A DNA stretch of 64,000 bases from Sideroxydans sp. (GCA_013140695.1 JABFSI010000007.1:15560-79559), one strand, 5' to 3'. Numbered from the stretch's first letter, positions 18,464-28,724 are shown. Made by a program: numbers and translations. Notes: generated from the sequence alone by a model not told the origin.

Positions 18464-19255
18464 TTAATTATTTAAAGTCCGCATTTTTACAGACTGGGGA
18501 CTCTTAATAAAGCTGTATACAAGAAAAGCGACAGGCACTAATACAAGACTATAGGAAATCCATGCGCCTATTCGGCCTTGTGGTCCATAAGCTTCAGTGG
18601 CAGCGTGCCAATAAGCATTATTAAAGATTCCTAGATTCGCAATTTCAATCGACTCGGTATATTCATGAAACGCATAGATGACTAGTTGAATAGAAAATAT
18701 CACCATGAATGCGGCAGTGACTTTAAAAAACAGTCCCAAATTGATGCGATGCCCATACTTACTCCATGCGACAGCCACTAAACCAGCGATACTTATACCC
18801 ATCACGCCACCTAATGCGAGGTGTATACTATTGTTGCTTTGCGCCAAAGAAGCAATCATCGTGGCCGCTTCCAATCCTTCGCGACCTATCATCAGCAATA
18901 CAAACATGAAAACAGCGAGCTTAGCGCCACCGCTTGGATTCTGTACTGCACGGTCAATAGCCCCAGTAATCTCACTTTTCATATGCTTCCCCATCTTTAG
19001 CATATGTACTGTACAGCTAATGACAAGAATTGCTGCAGTTAAAGCTAACGTGCCTTCCCAAAACGGCGTTAAAGCACCTATTGTTGTAAAGACAAATCCC
19101 AAGCCTGCACACCCTATGATAGCTACAATACATGCACGATGGACAGAAGGAATCAGCTCTTCACCACCAGTTTTAGCTAGATAGGCGAGTATAATCGCGA
19201 CTATCAGAAAGGCCTCAAGCCCTTCTCTAAAAGAAATCATCAGAGTTTCAAACAT
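18464..19255 (-). CDS. FTR1/EfeU-family high-affinity iron permease
   Basis: Two REGLE motifs (FREGLEA, GREGLEA) in a 7-TM protein. Confidence 0.85.
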   Translation of the reverse strand: MFETLMISFREGLEAFLIVAIILAYLAKTGGEELIPSVHRACIVAIIGCAGLGFVFTTIGALTPFWEGTLALTAAILVISCTVHMLKMGKHMKSEITGAIDRAVQNPSGGAKLAVFMFVLLMIGREGLEAATMIASLAQSNNSIHLALGGVMGISIAGLVAVAWSKYGHRINLGLFFKVTAAFMVIFSIQLVIYAFHEYTESIEIANLGIFNNAYWHAATEAYGPQGRIGAWISYSLVLVPVAFLVYSFIKSPQSVKMRTLNN

Positions 19256-19307
19256 AGTTAAACCTTTAAGTTGTATTTAATACTTATGAATATTAAAGTA
19301 AATTTTT

Positions 19308-19326
19308 ATAAATGATATTCATTCTC
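19308..19326. promoter_or_regulatory. Fur-box-like sequence upstream of the FTR1 gene
   Basis: ataaatgatattcattctc; the core AATGATATTCATT matches 12 of 13 positions of the Fur consensus core AATGATAATCATT. Confidence 0.35.
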
Positions 19327-19536
19327 ATTGTTACACAAATTTATAATGTTTACTACATCACTAAGTTCAATAATTAAGGAAAAAATAGGCGACCCCAATT
19401 AGCCGTTGTCCTTGCGACAATAGCAATAGACAAACTTCTGCACCGTACCGAACGGTGTGTGGTGCACTTCCTTTTGCGCTTAAAATGAAAAACCTCTCCA
19501 AATTCGGTATGCAGTGTTTCTGATAGAAGGAAACGC

Positions 19537-20784
19537 CTAGAACTCAAACCGTGCAATTTTTTTCAAAACCTCATGGCTTTCTGCTAACTTGCAGATTCCA
19601 TCGCAATGATGCTTAAGCGCATTAAAGGACAGATAACCAATAGAAAAATCGAGATCTCCTTTGAAAGCTGGTCGATTGATTTGTGCAATAACTTCCTGTT
19701 CTCTCTTATCGGGTGCTACAAGATAGAAATGGCAATCCTGATCTGATAAAGAACGTGCCAGATCTTTCATACGCAACATACCGGAATAAATAGACGTGCT
19801 TTTTTCGACTTCAAAGGCACATATGATTTTATTTGTGCTGGCATCAAGCCAAATGACATCAATCAGGCTAACGGTGTCCATCACCTCACCACTAGCGCCG
19901 ATGTCAGGCAAAGCTGGCGTTGTCATTAATGCGAAGGACTCCCCATGACATGAACGGTTACGGTCATTGCGAGCGACAAAAACTTTGTAATTTAATGTGC
20001 GACCAATTCGAATCAACATATGCTGAACCTGCGTATGTTCGGACTCTTCGCGTTGCTCCTCTACAATCTCTTTATGTCGGCGTTCAGCGAGTTTCACTGC
20101 TTTTTCTTGCAACGCCTTAAGCATTGCGTCGGCATTGCCAGTGATTGTTAATCTACCGCTACCCAGTTCAAAAAGTAGTCCTACAAAAGCACCCAAATCG
20201 TTCGACAACAATAATTGATGCAACTTATTAGTCTCAACAATCGTTTCGCGCATGGAAAGATAGCTCTGCCAGCAGCCAAGCTTAAGTTTTGTATTGAACA
20301 GTGCATTGAACCCATTGAGTATGGCTGTGTTGAATGGTGGTACAAAGGTTGGGTGAAGGAAATAGACAATGTTCGCAACTGAGGGGCCTAAGCCTTTGAT
20401 ATTGGCCTCTGCTAACCGACTCATCTCATCGAGAACTTGCGTTTCGCGCGTAGCATTCAAACACGCATGCAGAAAGGCACCAAATATTTTCTTGTTAGTT
20501 TCATTTTCATAAATATCAGGGATGCGAAGCTTTGGCTTCCAATAGAAAGGATGTGCTGCTCCCTCAAATATCTGTTTTTGTTCCGTAATGGCTGCAAGGA
20601 CGACTTCTAATGGTGACCCACGAAAGTCATTACCAAATGTATCGCTTGCGATGGCATCAACAGTATCTTTGACACCTCTGCGGATTGAGCGAAAAGCTTT
20701 TAACCTGCTTTCATTGCCAATGAACCATGTGTTATAAACAGACTCTGGGTCGGCTTTATAGTGTGTAATTAAGTTTGCTGTCAC
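19537..20784 (-). CDS. Stand-alone protein with a C-terminal PD-(D/E)xK-like nuclease pattern and a central HhH-like segment; possible restriction/defence nuclease
   Basis: HTQVQHMLIRIGRTLNYKVFVARNDRN ... SLIDVIWLDASTNKIICAFEVEKSTSIYSGMLRMKDL resembles restriction-type nuclease cores. GLGPSVANIVYFLHPTFVPPFN recalls HhH DNA binders. No methyltransferase gene nearby. Flanked by 281 and 359 nt of AT-rich non-coding DNA. Confidence 0.4.
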   Translation of the reverse strand: MTANLITHYKADPESVYNTWFIGNESRLKAFRSIRRGVKDTVDAIASDTFGNDFRGSPLEVVLAAITEQKQIFEGAAHPFYWKPKLRIPDIYENETNKKIFGAFLHACLNATRETQVLDEMSRLAEANIKGLGPSVANIVYFLHPTFVPPFNTAILNGFNALFNTKLKLGCWQSYLSMRETIVETNKLHQLLLSNDLGAFVGLLFELGSGRLTITGNADAMLKALQEKAVKLAERRHKEIVEEQREESEHTQVQHMLIRIGRTLNYKVFVARNDRNRSCHGESFALMTTPALPDIGASGEVMDTVSLIDVIWLDASTNKIICAFEVEKSTSIYSGMLRMKDLARSLSDQDCHFYLVAPDKREQEVIAQINRPAFKGDLDFSIGYLSFNALKHHCDGICKLAESHEVLKKIARFEF

Positions 20785-21143
20785 GACTATGTATCCGTTA
20801 TGTATTGTTATTTATTAACAAAAAGTCCGAAGCACTCAATAATTCCAGTTCTACAAAGTGCAGCATGAAACCTCCTTAAAGGGAAACTTATTCTTTTTTG
20901 CGTGGATTTTTCTGGTACGCCCATTTCAATAATACTTTAACTCAACCAATCTGCACTAGTTGATGGTTCTATTTTAATGGAAAGCAACTAGCCATGGGGC
21001 CAAATAGTACGGCGCATGTATTTCCTCGTTGTAAATCTACAAGTATGGCATCACGGTAAAACGTACAAGAATCGCAATTCGCATGTTATCCAATAACTTC
21101 TCCAAAAAGGCCTCATTATTGTGGACTTTCATTTATTAGCGTG

Positions 21144-21608
21144 TTATTGATTTAGTTTTTCCTGGCTCGCCTGGTATTCCGGCGACCAATGGCTTTTGAT
21201 GAAGGATAGTACTGCAATAGTCTCTTCATCTGTCAGGATATTCTTAAATGCCGGCATATCACTCTGGTATCCTGGGATATAGCTAAAGCTGTTTTTGACC
21301 GTATCAATCAGCTTAGTATCAGAGTGATGCCAAGTGTGCCCGCTATTGTCGTGCGGCGGTGCCAGAAAGCGCCCTTCTGGTTTCTTGCTCCGCCAGTTGG
21401 GCTGACCCTCTAGTCTGGCCCCGTGACAACTTGCACAATGTATGGCATAGATCTTTTTACCTTGGGCTACGAGTTTGGTATCCTTGGCATCAAGGCGGGT
21501 ACCTGTAATATCCGACTTGATGGGCCAGAATATCGCCAGGCCAATGAGCAAGATGAAAATGCTAAAATACGGCCAGAAAATCTTGCGACGTTTGTACATA
21601 TTCATCAC
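21144..21608 (-). CDS. Membrane-anchored mono-haem c-type cytochrome
   Basis: N-terminal TM helix, CASCHG haem motif, distal Met context DMPAF. Confidence 0.8.
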   Translation of the reverse strand: MMNMYKRRKIFWPYFSIFILLIGLAIFWPIKSDITGTRLDAKDTKLVAQGKKIYAIHCASCHGARLEGQPNWRSKKPEGRFLAPPHDNSGHTWHHSDTKLIDTVKNSFSYIPGYQSDMPAFKNILTDEETIAVLSFIKSHWSPEYQASQEKLNQ

Positions 21609-21617
21609 CTCTCTCGG

Positions 21618-21791
21618 TTAGTAGACTTCACAGCAGATGTTTTCGCCGATTTGCGCAAGCTGCGGGGTGGAAATCGGGCTCCCGCATACCCGGCAAACCT
21701 TGCCGGCTGATTTTTCATGGAGACTAGCGCGCATTCCTAAATTCCCCTTCTCTGGTTGACGTTCTCTGCCGCTGCGTTTCGCCTTACCCAT
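21618..21791 (-). CDS. Hypothetical small Cys-containing (zinc-ribbon-like) protein
   Basis: From the internal Met: MGKAKRSGRERQPEKG...KVCRVCGSPISTPQLAQIGENICCEVY. The longer track ORF overlaps the permease gene. Confidence 0.3.
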   Translation of the reverse strand: MGKAKRSGRERQPEKGNLGMRASLHEKSAGKVCRVCGSPISTPQLAQIGENICCEVY

Positions 21792-22908
21792 ACATTCTCC
21801 GCCGCAACCTGACCAAGCTCCAGAAGAACAATATCGTGCCGAACAGGAACAGCATTGCGAACTTGGGCCACAGGATGTCCCACCCGACACCTTTCAGGAA
21901 AATGCCGAGAGAAATTTCCATATAGTAGCGCACCGGGCTGAGCAGAGAAAGGTATTGCAGGAACTGTGGCATGCTTTCCACAGGGACAATGGTGCCCGAC
22001 AGAAACATGACCGGAAACAGCACGAAGAACGAGACGAGCAGGGCCTGCTGCAAATTACGGGCAAAAGTGGAGACAAATATGCCGATACCCATGCTGGCAA
22101 TCAATGTGACGGCAGAGGCGAGAAAAAACAATGTAATACTGCCTTCCATCGGCACGCCGAACCAGCGGGCAATTAACAAGCTGGGAAACAGCAATACTAA
22201 GCCGATTGACAGCGTAGGCATTAACTTGGCCAGAACAATCTCATGCCTGCGCAGAGGTGTAACCATGAGTTGCTCGATGGTGCCAGTCTCCTTTTCCCGC
22301 ACTAGGCTTGCGGCTGTGTTGATGACGCCCACCATGAACCCCGCTAGCACGATCATCGAAATCACCATGAAATAGCGGAACTTGAGTTCCGGGTTGTACC
22401 AGATCAGCATGCGCGGCTCCACTTCTGGCAGCTTGGCCCGAATGCCACGCTGCTGCAGGGATTGCACCATTAGTTCGTGGGAAAATCCGGCAAAAATGGC
22501 GCCAGCATAGCCCCGTGCGGCGTTTGCCGTATTGGAGTTAACGCCCGACAGAATCAGTTGCACCTCAGCCGCCCGACCTTTGCCCACTTGGTCCGAAAAG
22601 TTCGGTGGGATAACGAGCCCTAGATCCGCGCGCCCTGCGTCCAGCAGGGCGTCAATTTCCCTTGGACCATCCACCAGAAACACCTTGCCGAAATACTCTG
22701 TGGCAGTAAAACGCTCAACCAGTTTCTGGCTCAACTGGGTGCGTTCCTGATCGTAGACGGCCAGATGCAGGTTTCTCACCTCAAAAGAAAGGGCGTAGGT
22801 GCACATGATGATTTCGGCTGTGTACAGAAAGAAAATAAGCAGTAGGAGCATCCAGTCGCGCGAGAACTGGAGGTACTCTTTTCTGATGCATGCCAGCATT
22901 CGGGTCAT
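21784..22908 (-). CDS. ABC-2 type exporter permease (YbhS/YbhR-like)
   Basis: 374 aa, one N-terminal TM, a large periplasmic loop and 5 C-terminal TMs. Paralog of the adjacent gene. Confidence 0.85.
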   Translation of the reverse strand: MTRMLACIRKEYLQFSRDWMLLLLIFFLYTAEIIMCTYALSFEVRNLHLAVYDQERTQLSQKLVERFTATEYFGKVFLVDGPREIDALLDAGRADLGLVIPPNFSDQVGKGRAAEVQLILSGVNSNTANAARGYAGAIFAGFSHELMVQSLQQRGIRAKLPEVEPRMLIWYNPELKFRYFMVISMIVLAGFMVGVINTAASLVREKETGTIEQLMVTPLRRHEIVLAKLMPTLSIGLVLLFPSLLIARWFGVPMEGSITLFFLASAVTLIASMGIGIFVSTFARNLQQALLVSFFVLFPVMFLSGTIVPVESMPQFLQYLSLLSPVRYYMEISLGIFLKGVGWDILWPKFAMLFLFGTILFFWSLVRLRRRMYG

Positions 22909-24029
22909 CAGGCCACCTTTTTCTTGAAACGCAGGCTCGCCAATGCGAACAAAATAAGGGTGTAGACGAGCAGGAGCGCCACGTTACCCCACAGGTACTC
23001 CAGTCCCAATCCCTTGAGAAAGATGTCGCGGCTAATGTCGTTGAAATAACGGGCTGGAAAGAAATAAGTGTACAACTGGAACATGTAAGGCATGCTGGCA
23101 ATCGGGAACAGGAAGCCCGAAAACAGAAACGAAGGCATCAGGGTAATTAGCAGCGACAGCAGCATTGCTGCAAGCTGGGTACGGGTGATGGTAGAGACAA
23201 ATACCCCGATGCCTACTGTCACTAGCACGTACAGCAGGGAGGTCGCGAGTAGGAGCAAGAGGCTCCCCTGGAAGGGGATGTGGAACCAGAGGGTACCGAC
23301 GGTGAGAATCAGCAGCATCTCCAGGTACGCGATCGCGCCGTAGGGAATGATCTTGCCGAGGATGAACGTCGGCGAGTTGACGGGAGAAACATAGATCTGC
23401 TCGATGGTGCCGCGCTCCTTTTCGCGCACGATGGAGAGCGCTGTCAGCATGGGTGGAAAAGCCATTAGCAGCACCGCGAACAGGCCCGGTAAGATGTAGT
23501 TAACGCTCTTCATTGGCGCGTTGTACCAGACTCTGGGCACCACCGTCACATGAGGCAGCGGCGGCATGCCCCGTGCGGCGAGTGTTTTCGCCGCAGTTTC
23601 GGTGGAGTAGCGATTTACGATGGCTGTGGCGTAATTGGAAGCGATGAGCGCGGTAGCGGAAAAGGTACCGTCGATGATGATCTGCACCTTTGCTTTATTC
23701 CCCGCGGCCAGATCTTCCGAAAAATCGTGCGGGATGACGAGCGCCAGCGTGGCCTGTCCCCGATCCATCATGTCGTCCAATTGCCTAACGGACGTCAGAT
23801 CGTGTTTGAGGCTGAAATATCCGCTACGGGTGAAAGCCTCCACAAGCCGTGCGCTTTCCTGGCTTTTATCCTGATCATAGACCGCCATCGGCACGTCCTC
23901 CACGTCCAGCGTTACGCCGTAGCCGAACAGGAACAGCAGGACCAGCGGCAGAAATATCGCCGTACCGAGAGTAATCGGGTCGCGCAGGATTTCCTTGGCC
24001 TCCTTCTTGATCAACGCCGCGAGGATCAT
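22908..24029 (-). CDS. ABC-2 type exporter permease (YbhS/YbhR-like)
   Basis: 373 aa, same architecture. Overlaps both neighbours by 1-4 nt. Confidence 0.85.
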   Translation of the reverse strand: MILAALIKKEAKEILRDPITLGTAIFLPLVLLFLFGYGVTLDVEDVPMAVYDQDKSQESARLVEAFTRSGYFSLKHDLTSVRQLDDMMDRGQATLALVIPHDFSEDLAAGNKAKVQIIIDGTFSATALIASNYATAIVNRYSTETAAKTLAARGMPPLPHVTVVPRVWYNAPMKSVNYILPGLFAVLLMAFPPMLTALSIVREKERGTIEQIYVSPVNSPTFILGKIIPYGAIAYLEMLLILTVGTLWFHIPFQGSLLLLLATSLLYVLVTVGIGVFVSTITRTQLAAMLLSLLITLMPSFLFSGFLFPIASMPYMFQLYTYFFPARYFNDISRDIFLKGLGLEYLWGNVALLLVYTLILFALASLRFKKKVA

Positions 24030-25507
24030 GCCGCATGCTCCATGAACTGGATGAATACGTCCTCAAGAGTGGCGCCGCCGTGAAGTTCGCGCAAGCGCTG
24101 CGGGGTATCGATGCAGAGTATCTTGCCGCGATCGATGAAGGCGACCCGATGGCAGTTTTCAGCCTCCGCAAGATAATGGGTGGTGACGAATACTGCGGTG
24201 CCCGCATCGGCAACGACTTGGATAAGACGCCAGAATGCCTCGCGCGAAGCAGGATCAACCCCTGAGGTTGGCTCATCTAGGAACAGCACCTCCGGCTGGT
24301 GCAGCAGCGCGCAGCCAAGTGCAAGGCGCTGCCTGAGGGCACCGGAGAGATTCCGGGTGAGCGACTTTTCGTGCCCCCCAAGACCAGCCATGCCGACGAC
24401 CCACTGCATGCGGGCAGACAGGATGGCGCTATCCAGCCCGTATACGCTGCCGAAAAATTCAATGTTCTCGGCCACGGTGAGATCGAGATAGAGAGAAAAC
24501 CTTTGCGACATATACCCGATACCGCGCCGCGCATTCTCCGGCCGACTCGCCACGTCCACCCCCGCCACCGTCGCCTGACCCGCACTCGCTGGCAGCAAGC
24601 CGCACAACATCTTGATGGTGGTGCTCTTGCCCGACCCGTTCGGGCCGAGGAAACCGAAAACCTCGCCCCGCTTCACGCTGAAGGAAATGCCGTCCACCGC
24701 AGTAAAGCCGCCGAACCGCCGGGACAGCCCTTGCACTTCGATGGCGTTGCCGTCCGCCGCCCTGGCGGGAAAAGGCAGACCTGCCACGGGCAGGGCTGGT
24801 GGGGTATGGGCCTTGAATACGGCCTCCAAGTCACCCCCGAAAGCCCCCGGCTTGTCACAGGCGAGCAGCTGCCCATCAAGCAGGAAAGCCAACCGGTCGC
24901 ATCGTCCCGCCTCGTCCATGTAGGAAGTGGCAAGCACAATGGTGTTGCCCCGGGCATGATAGTCGCGCAGCATGCGCCATAACTGCCGACGGGAGACGGG
25001 ATCTACGCCTAGGTTGGGTTCGTCGAGCACCAGAATGTCGGGTTCATGGACGAGGTTGCAGCACAGGGCGAGTTTCTTCTGCATGCCTCCGGAAAGGTGC
25101 TTCGTCCTGCGGTCGAGAAAAGGCGCGAGGCCAGAAAATTCTAGCAGATGCTGTTTTCTTTGCGCGAAGAGCGATGTCGAAATGCCCCGAATTTCGGCGA
25201 AGAATTCCAGGTTCTCTTCCACTGTGAGATCTTCGTACAGGGAATAAGCCTGCGACATGTAGCCTAGGCGGGAGGTAATGGCGGCGGCGGCGCGCACGGA
25301 ATCAAGACCATCCACGGTAACGCTGCCCTCGGTAGGGTCGAGGATAGCGCACAGGGACTGGATCAGGGTAGTCTTGCCCGCGCCATCCGGCCCCACGATG
25401 CCGAATAGCTCGCCCCGCCGGATTTCAAGGTTCACTCCCCTGATAGCCCAGTTTTTCCTGAACCGCCTTCCCAGGCCAGCAACCCGGATGCAGGTCTCGC
25501 CGTTCAT
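24026..25507 (-). CDS. Tandem-domain ABC ATPase (YbhF-like)
   Basis: Two Walker A sites (GPDGAGKTT, GPNGSGKST), two LSGG signatures. Start set at the Met whose ATG overlaps the HlyD stop (ATGA at 25504..25507). Confidence 0.9.
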   Translation of the reverse strand: MNGETCIRVAGLGRRFRKNWAIRGVNLEIRRGELFGIVGPDGAGKTTLIQSLCAILDPTEGSVTVDGLDSVRAAAAITSRLGYMSQAYSLYEDLTVEENLEFFAEIRGISTSLFAQRKQHLLEFSGLAPFLDRRTKHLSGGMQKKLALCCNLVHEPDILVLDEPNLGVDPVSRRQLWRMLRDYHARGNTIVLATSYMDEAGRCDRLAFLLDGQLLACDKPGAFGGDLEAVFKAHTPPALPVAGLPFPARAADGNAIEVQGLSRRFGGFTAVDGISFSVKRGEVFGFLGPNGSGKSTTIKMLCGLLPASAGQATVAGVDVASRPENARRGIGYMSQRFSLYLDLTVAENIEFFGSVYGLDSAILSARMQWVVGMAGLGGHEKSLTRNLSGALRQRLALGCALLHQPEVLFLDEPTSGVDPASREAFWRLIQVVADAGTAVFVTTHYLAEAENCHRVAFIDRGKILCIDTPQRLRELHGGATLEDVFIQFMEHAA

Positions 25508-26694
25508 CCTCCGCTCCGCGTACGTTCCGGCCAGACAATGTCCTCCCGCCACTTGATCGTGGCGTCCACCGGCATACCCGGCTTGAGATAGCCCTCGGGG
25601 TTGTCGATCTTTACCTTGACGCCGAACACGAGTTTGGTGCGCTCCTCCTGGGTATGAACCTCCTTGGGCGTGAACTCAGCCTGCTGGGAAACCTCGACCA
25701 CCCGGCCAGGAAAGAACCGCTGCGGGAAAGCATCCGCAAAGATGCGAGCGGGGTTGCCGATTCGAATCTGGCCTATGGCTTTTTCCGGGATGTAGGCCCG
25801 AACGTAGATGTCCGAAAGATCGATCAGAGTGGCAATGGGGGCACCGGCCGCCACCAGTTCTCCCTGTTCCACCAGCTTGTTGATGACGGTGCCGTCCGCG
25901 GGCGCGAAAATCTGGGTGTCGCTGGCGACCGCCTGCATCTCTCTCACCCGAGCCTGAGCCGCTTCAGCTTGGCTTTGCGCCACATCGCGGCTTGCCTGCA
26001 GGCGCGCCTTCTCGTCACCCAGACGCTGCACCTCCTTTTGCCTGACGCTGATGTCCAGTTGCGACACCCCGGCGAGTTCCAGAGCGGCCCTGGCTTCCTC
26101 GCGCGCGCGCTCCGCCGCCTTCAGCTTAGCTTCCGCCGAGATATAGCGGTTTTTGAGCTGATCAAAATAGCTTTCGCTGATGAAGCCTTTCTGTACCAAG
26201 CCGGCATTGCGATCGTAATTATTTTTTTCAAGCTTCCAGTTGGCCTGTGCCACCGCCAACTCAGCCTGTGCCCGTTGCAGGGCTTCGTCCGCCTGATGGA
26301 TGGTGTGCCGGGAAGTGCCTTGCGTTGCGCCCACGCTGAGCTGCGCCTGTCCGACAGAGGTTCCCATCGCCTTCATGGCAGCTTCGATTTCCCTGATCCG
26401 GTTGTCGGCAGCCGATGCCTGCGCCGCTACCTGCTCCAACTGGGCCTCAATTTCTGCAGAAGAAAGCTTTGCGACCAGCGCGCCCTTTTTCAGCAGTTGG
26501 CCTTCCGTGATTGGAACTGCCTCGATCCTGCCGGCCAGCTTGGAACTGACCGTCACCTCTGTACCGCGCACTTGACCGTTGGCATCGAGCACTCCTTCAA
26601 CCGCCCGACTCTGCAAAAAGTAGAACCACACTGCAAACGCCGAGGCCGCAACAAGCGCCACTCCAGCAGCAAAAAAATACCAGCGATGCCGCAT
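25504..26694 (-). CDS. HlyD-family membrane fusion protein (YbhG-like)
   Basis: N-terminal TM, long coiled-coil region, C-terminal beta-barrel motifs. Confidence 0.85.
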   Translation of the reverse strand: MRHRWYFFAAGVALVAASAFAVWFYFLQSRAVEGVLDANGQVRGTEVTVSSKLAGRIEAVPITEGQLLKKGALVAKLSSAEIEAQLEQVAAQASAADNRIREIEAAMKAMGTSVGQAQLSVGATQGTSRHTIHQADEALQRAQAELAVAQANWKLEKNNYDRNAGLVQKGFISESYFDQLKNRYISAEAKLKAAERAREEARAALELAGVSQLDISVRQKEVQRLGDEKARLQASRDVAQSQAEAAQARVREMQAVASDTQIFAPADGTVINKLVEQGELVAAGAPIATLIDLSDIYVRAYIPEKAIGQIRIGNPARIFADAFPQRFFPGRVVEVSQQAEFTPKEVHTQEERTKLVFGVKVKIDNPEGYLKPGMPVDATIKWREDIVWPERTRSGG

Positions 26695-26695
26695 T

Positions 26696-27925
26696 TCATC
26701 CTCCTTGGTTGTTGTTATTCATTGTACGCTTCGGCGTCTGGATTCTGGACATGTATATCGCCATAACCATACCGAGAATGAGCAGCCCGGCAGTCATCCA
26801 AAATGGTGCAAGGGCGAACAGACCGAACAGCCAGCCGGCTGCGGCTGATCCCGTTGCCTGGCCAAGGCTGGCAACGGCAGTCTGCTTGCCGAGAGCTGCG
26901 CCCTGCGCGGTTCCTGCTGCAAGCGACACCAGATAAGCCAACGCCGGGATCAGAAGGCCAGAAGCGGCGGCGATCATGGCCACAGCCAATAGCAGCACGA
27001 AATAATTTGCAGCGTACGGCAGCAATCCTACGCCAACCGCCATCACGAAAAAGGCCAGTGCAAGCAGGCCGCCTCCGCCCAAACGCTGAATCAGCGGCGC
27101 GAGCCCGAAAAACTGTATCAGGATCATAACCAGGCTGCACTCGGCGAACATCCAGCCAATCGTACTCGGCCCAAGGCTCAATACCTGTTGCCCCTGCAGG
27201 GCGAGGCTCACCTCGAAGCTTCCGAGTCCGAACATCACGAGCAGCGACATCACCAGCAGCCAGGCCAAGGACGGCGCACCGGTCTTCGGTACATCACTCA
27301 TGATGTGCTCCAAGGGTACTGTCGTCGGAAACCGGTAGACTGCAAACCAGATCAGACCAATCAGAGCTGCCACCACATAGAACGGCAAACCCATGGCATC
27401 ACCTCCGGTGACGATTCCGGCTGAGACAATCCAACCGCTCAGCGCCGGCCCAAACAGGAATCCAAGTGCATTCGCCGAACTCAACCACGCAAACGCCTGC
27501 GCACGCACCCCCGGCGCACAGGTATCACTTACCTGCGCAAATACCGCTGGCAGCACCATCGCCGCAAACAGCCCGGCGACCACCCGTGCCCCGTAAATCA
27601 AGGGCAAATCGCGTACCAGTGCAAGCAGCAGCATTGCGCCGCTTAAGCCGGCGAGCCCGAGCAGGATCAGCATCCGCCGTCCGGCACGATCCGCGACGTA
27701 TCCCCACAATGGTGCGAACAGGAACAGCGCCAGCATATATACGCCCATGAGTAGTCCCGTATGCAAGGCGATCGCCGCACGTGCAGTTTCACCAAGGGTG
27801 CGTGCCAGCATGAACGGCAGCACCGGCAGCACCACGCCATAACCCATGGCCACGATGAACGCCACCGCGAGCGGCAAGGCCAAGCCCCTCACGTTTGCCC
27901 TGCTAGAGATTGCGTCGGCTTTCAT
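26696..27925 (-). CDS. MFS transporter (DHA1-like); paralog of 32206..33483
   Basis: 12 TM. VLPVLPFMLARTLG and GYVADRAGRR (MFS motif A). Confidence 0.8.
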   Translation of the reverse strand: MKADAISSRANVRGLALPLAVAFIVAMGYGVVLPVLPFMLARTLGETARAAIALHTGLLMGVYMLALFLFAPLWGYVADRAGRRMLILLGLAGLSGAMLLLALVRDLPLIYGARVVAGLFAAMVLPAVFAQVSDTCAPGVRAQAFAWLSSANALGFLFGPALSGWIVSAGIVTGGDAMGLPFYVVAALIGLIWFAVYRFPTTVPLEHIMSDVPKTGAPSLAWLLVMSLLVMFGLGSFEVSLALQGQQVLSLGPSTIGWMFAECSLVMILIQFFGLAPLIQRLGGGGLLALAFFVMAVGVGLLPYAANYFVLLLAVAMIAAASGLLIPALAYLVSLAAGTAQGAALGKQTAVASLGQATGSAAAGWLFGLFALAPFWMTAGLLILGMVMAIYMSRIQTPKRTMNNNNQGG

Positions 27926-28010
27926 GCGGATGCTCCTACCTCCGGGCTGTATGTGCAGACACCGCTTTTCTTGATCCTACCCATCGTTATGTTCATGACC
28001 ATGCTTAGCC

Positions 28011-28724
28011 TTATTCATTCCTTTCGGCGCCCGGTCTGGATCCCGTTTTAGCCGATGTTTGATCACTCTCGGTGGGGGCGCCGTTCCGCATTGCGGTCAG
28101 ATTGCGCCATTGACCCCAGCGCGGAACGAACCCGGGCACGCGAAGCTGGTAGGTGCGGTATTCCTCACCGAATTGATTCAGCATGCTGCGCTCCTCACTG
28201 CGTGCCAGCAAGACATATATGAACATAATAATGGGGAAAAGCGCGATGGAAAAGATGGTCGGCCAGTGGATGATGCCCTCGCCGAAAAGCGCGATAAAAA
28301 GTCCAGTATATTGGGGGTGCCGCACCAGCCCGTAGAGCCGATCCGTGATGAGCCGGTTTTCCTGTCGTGCGCGATGAAGTTCGCGCCATCCTTCCATGAA
28401 TACCCCAAGGCCGGTAAATAGAATCACATACCCGAGAATCATCGAGATCATCATGCCCGTTTCGCCGTAACCCAGCAGCGTGGACCAGAGGTTGGCATTG
28501 AGGTTAGTCTGATCGAGGCCGAAAAACCGGACGAGCAGGTAGATGGTGAGCGGAAATCCGTACATCTCCGCATAAAGGGCAATAATGAAGGCCTGGATAA
28601 CGCCGGCCCCTGCCCACTCCCTCCACGTCTTGGGAGCAAGATAGCGGTAGAGATACCACGAGATAAGTACAATTACGATCAGGGCGATGCCCCAAGCTCC
28701 AGAATGTGCGATGTGTTCTTTCAT
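28011..28724 (-). CDS. ICMT-family membrane methyltransferase (copy 2 of 3)
   Basis: LYGLVRHPQYTGLFIALFGEGIIHWPT and SEERSMLNQFGEEYRTYQLRVPGFVPRW. Confidence 0.75.
   Translation of the reverse strand: MKEHIAHSGAWGIALIVIVLISWYLYRYLAPKTWREWAGAGVIQAFIIALYAEMYGFPLTIYLLVRFFGLDQTNLNANLWSTLLGYGETGMMISMILGYVILFTGLGVFMEGWRELHRARQENRLITDRLYGLVRHPQYTGLFIALFGEGIIHWPTIFSIALFPIIMFIYVLLARSEERSMLNQFGEEYRTYQLRVPGFVPRWGQWRNLTAMRNGAPTESDQTSAKTGSRPGAERNE

Noticed and set aside
19374-19556. 60-aa minus-strand ORF downstream of the nuclease-like gene
   Set aside because: It has an Arg/Ser-rich odd composition, overlaps the nuclease gene end, and has no RBS or motif.
25654-26766. 370-aa plus-strand ORF
   Set aside because: It lies entirely antisense to the well-supported HlyD-family gene in GC-rich DNA. 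The product is Arg/Leu/Pro-rich with low complexity and no motif. This is a typical shadow ORF.
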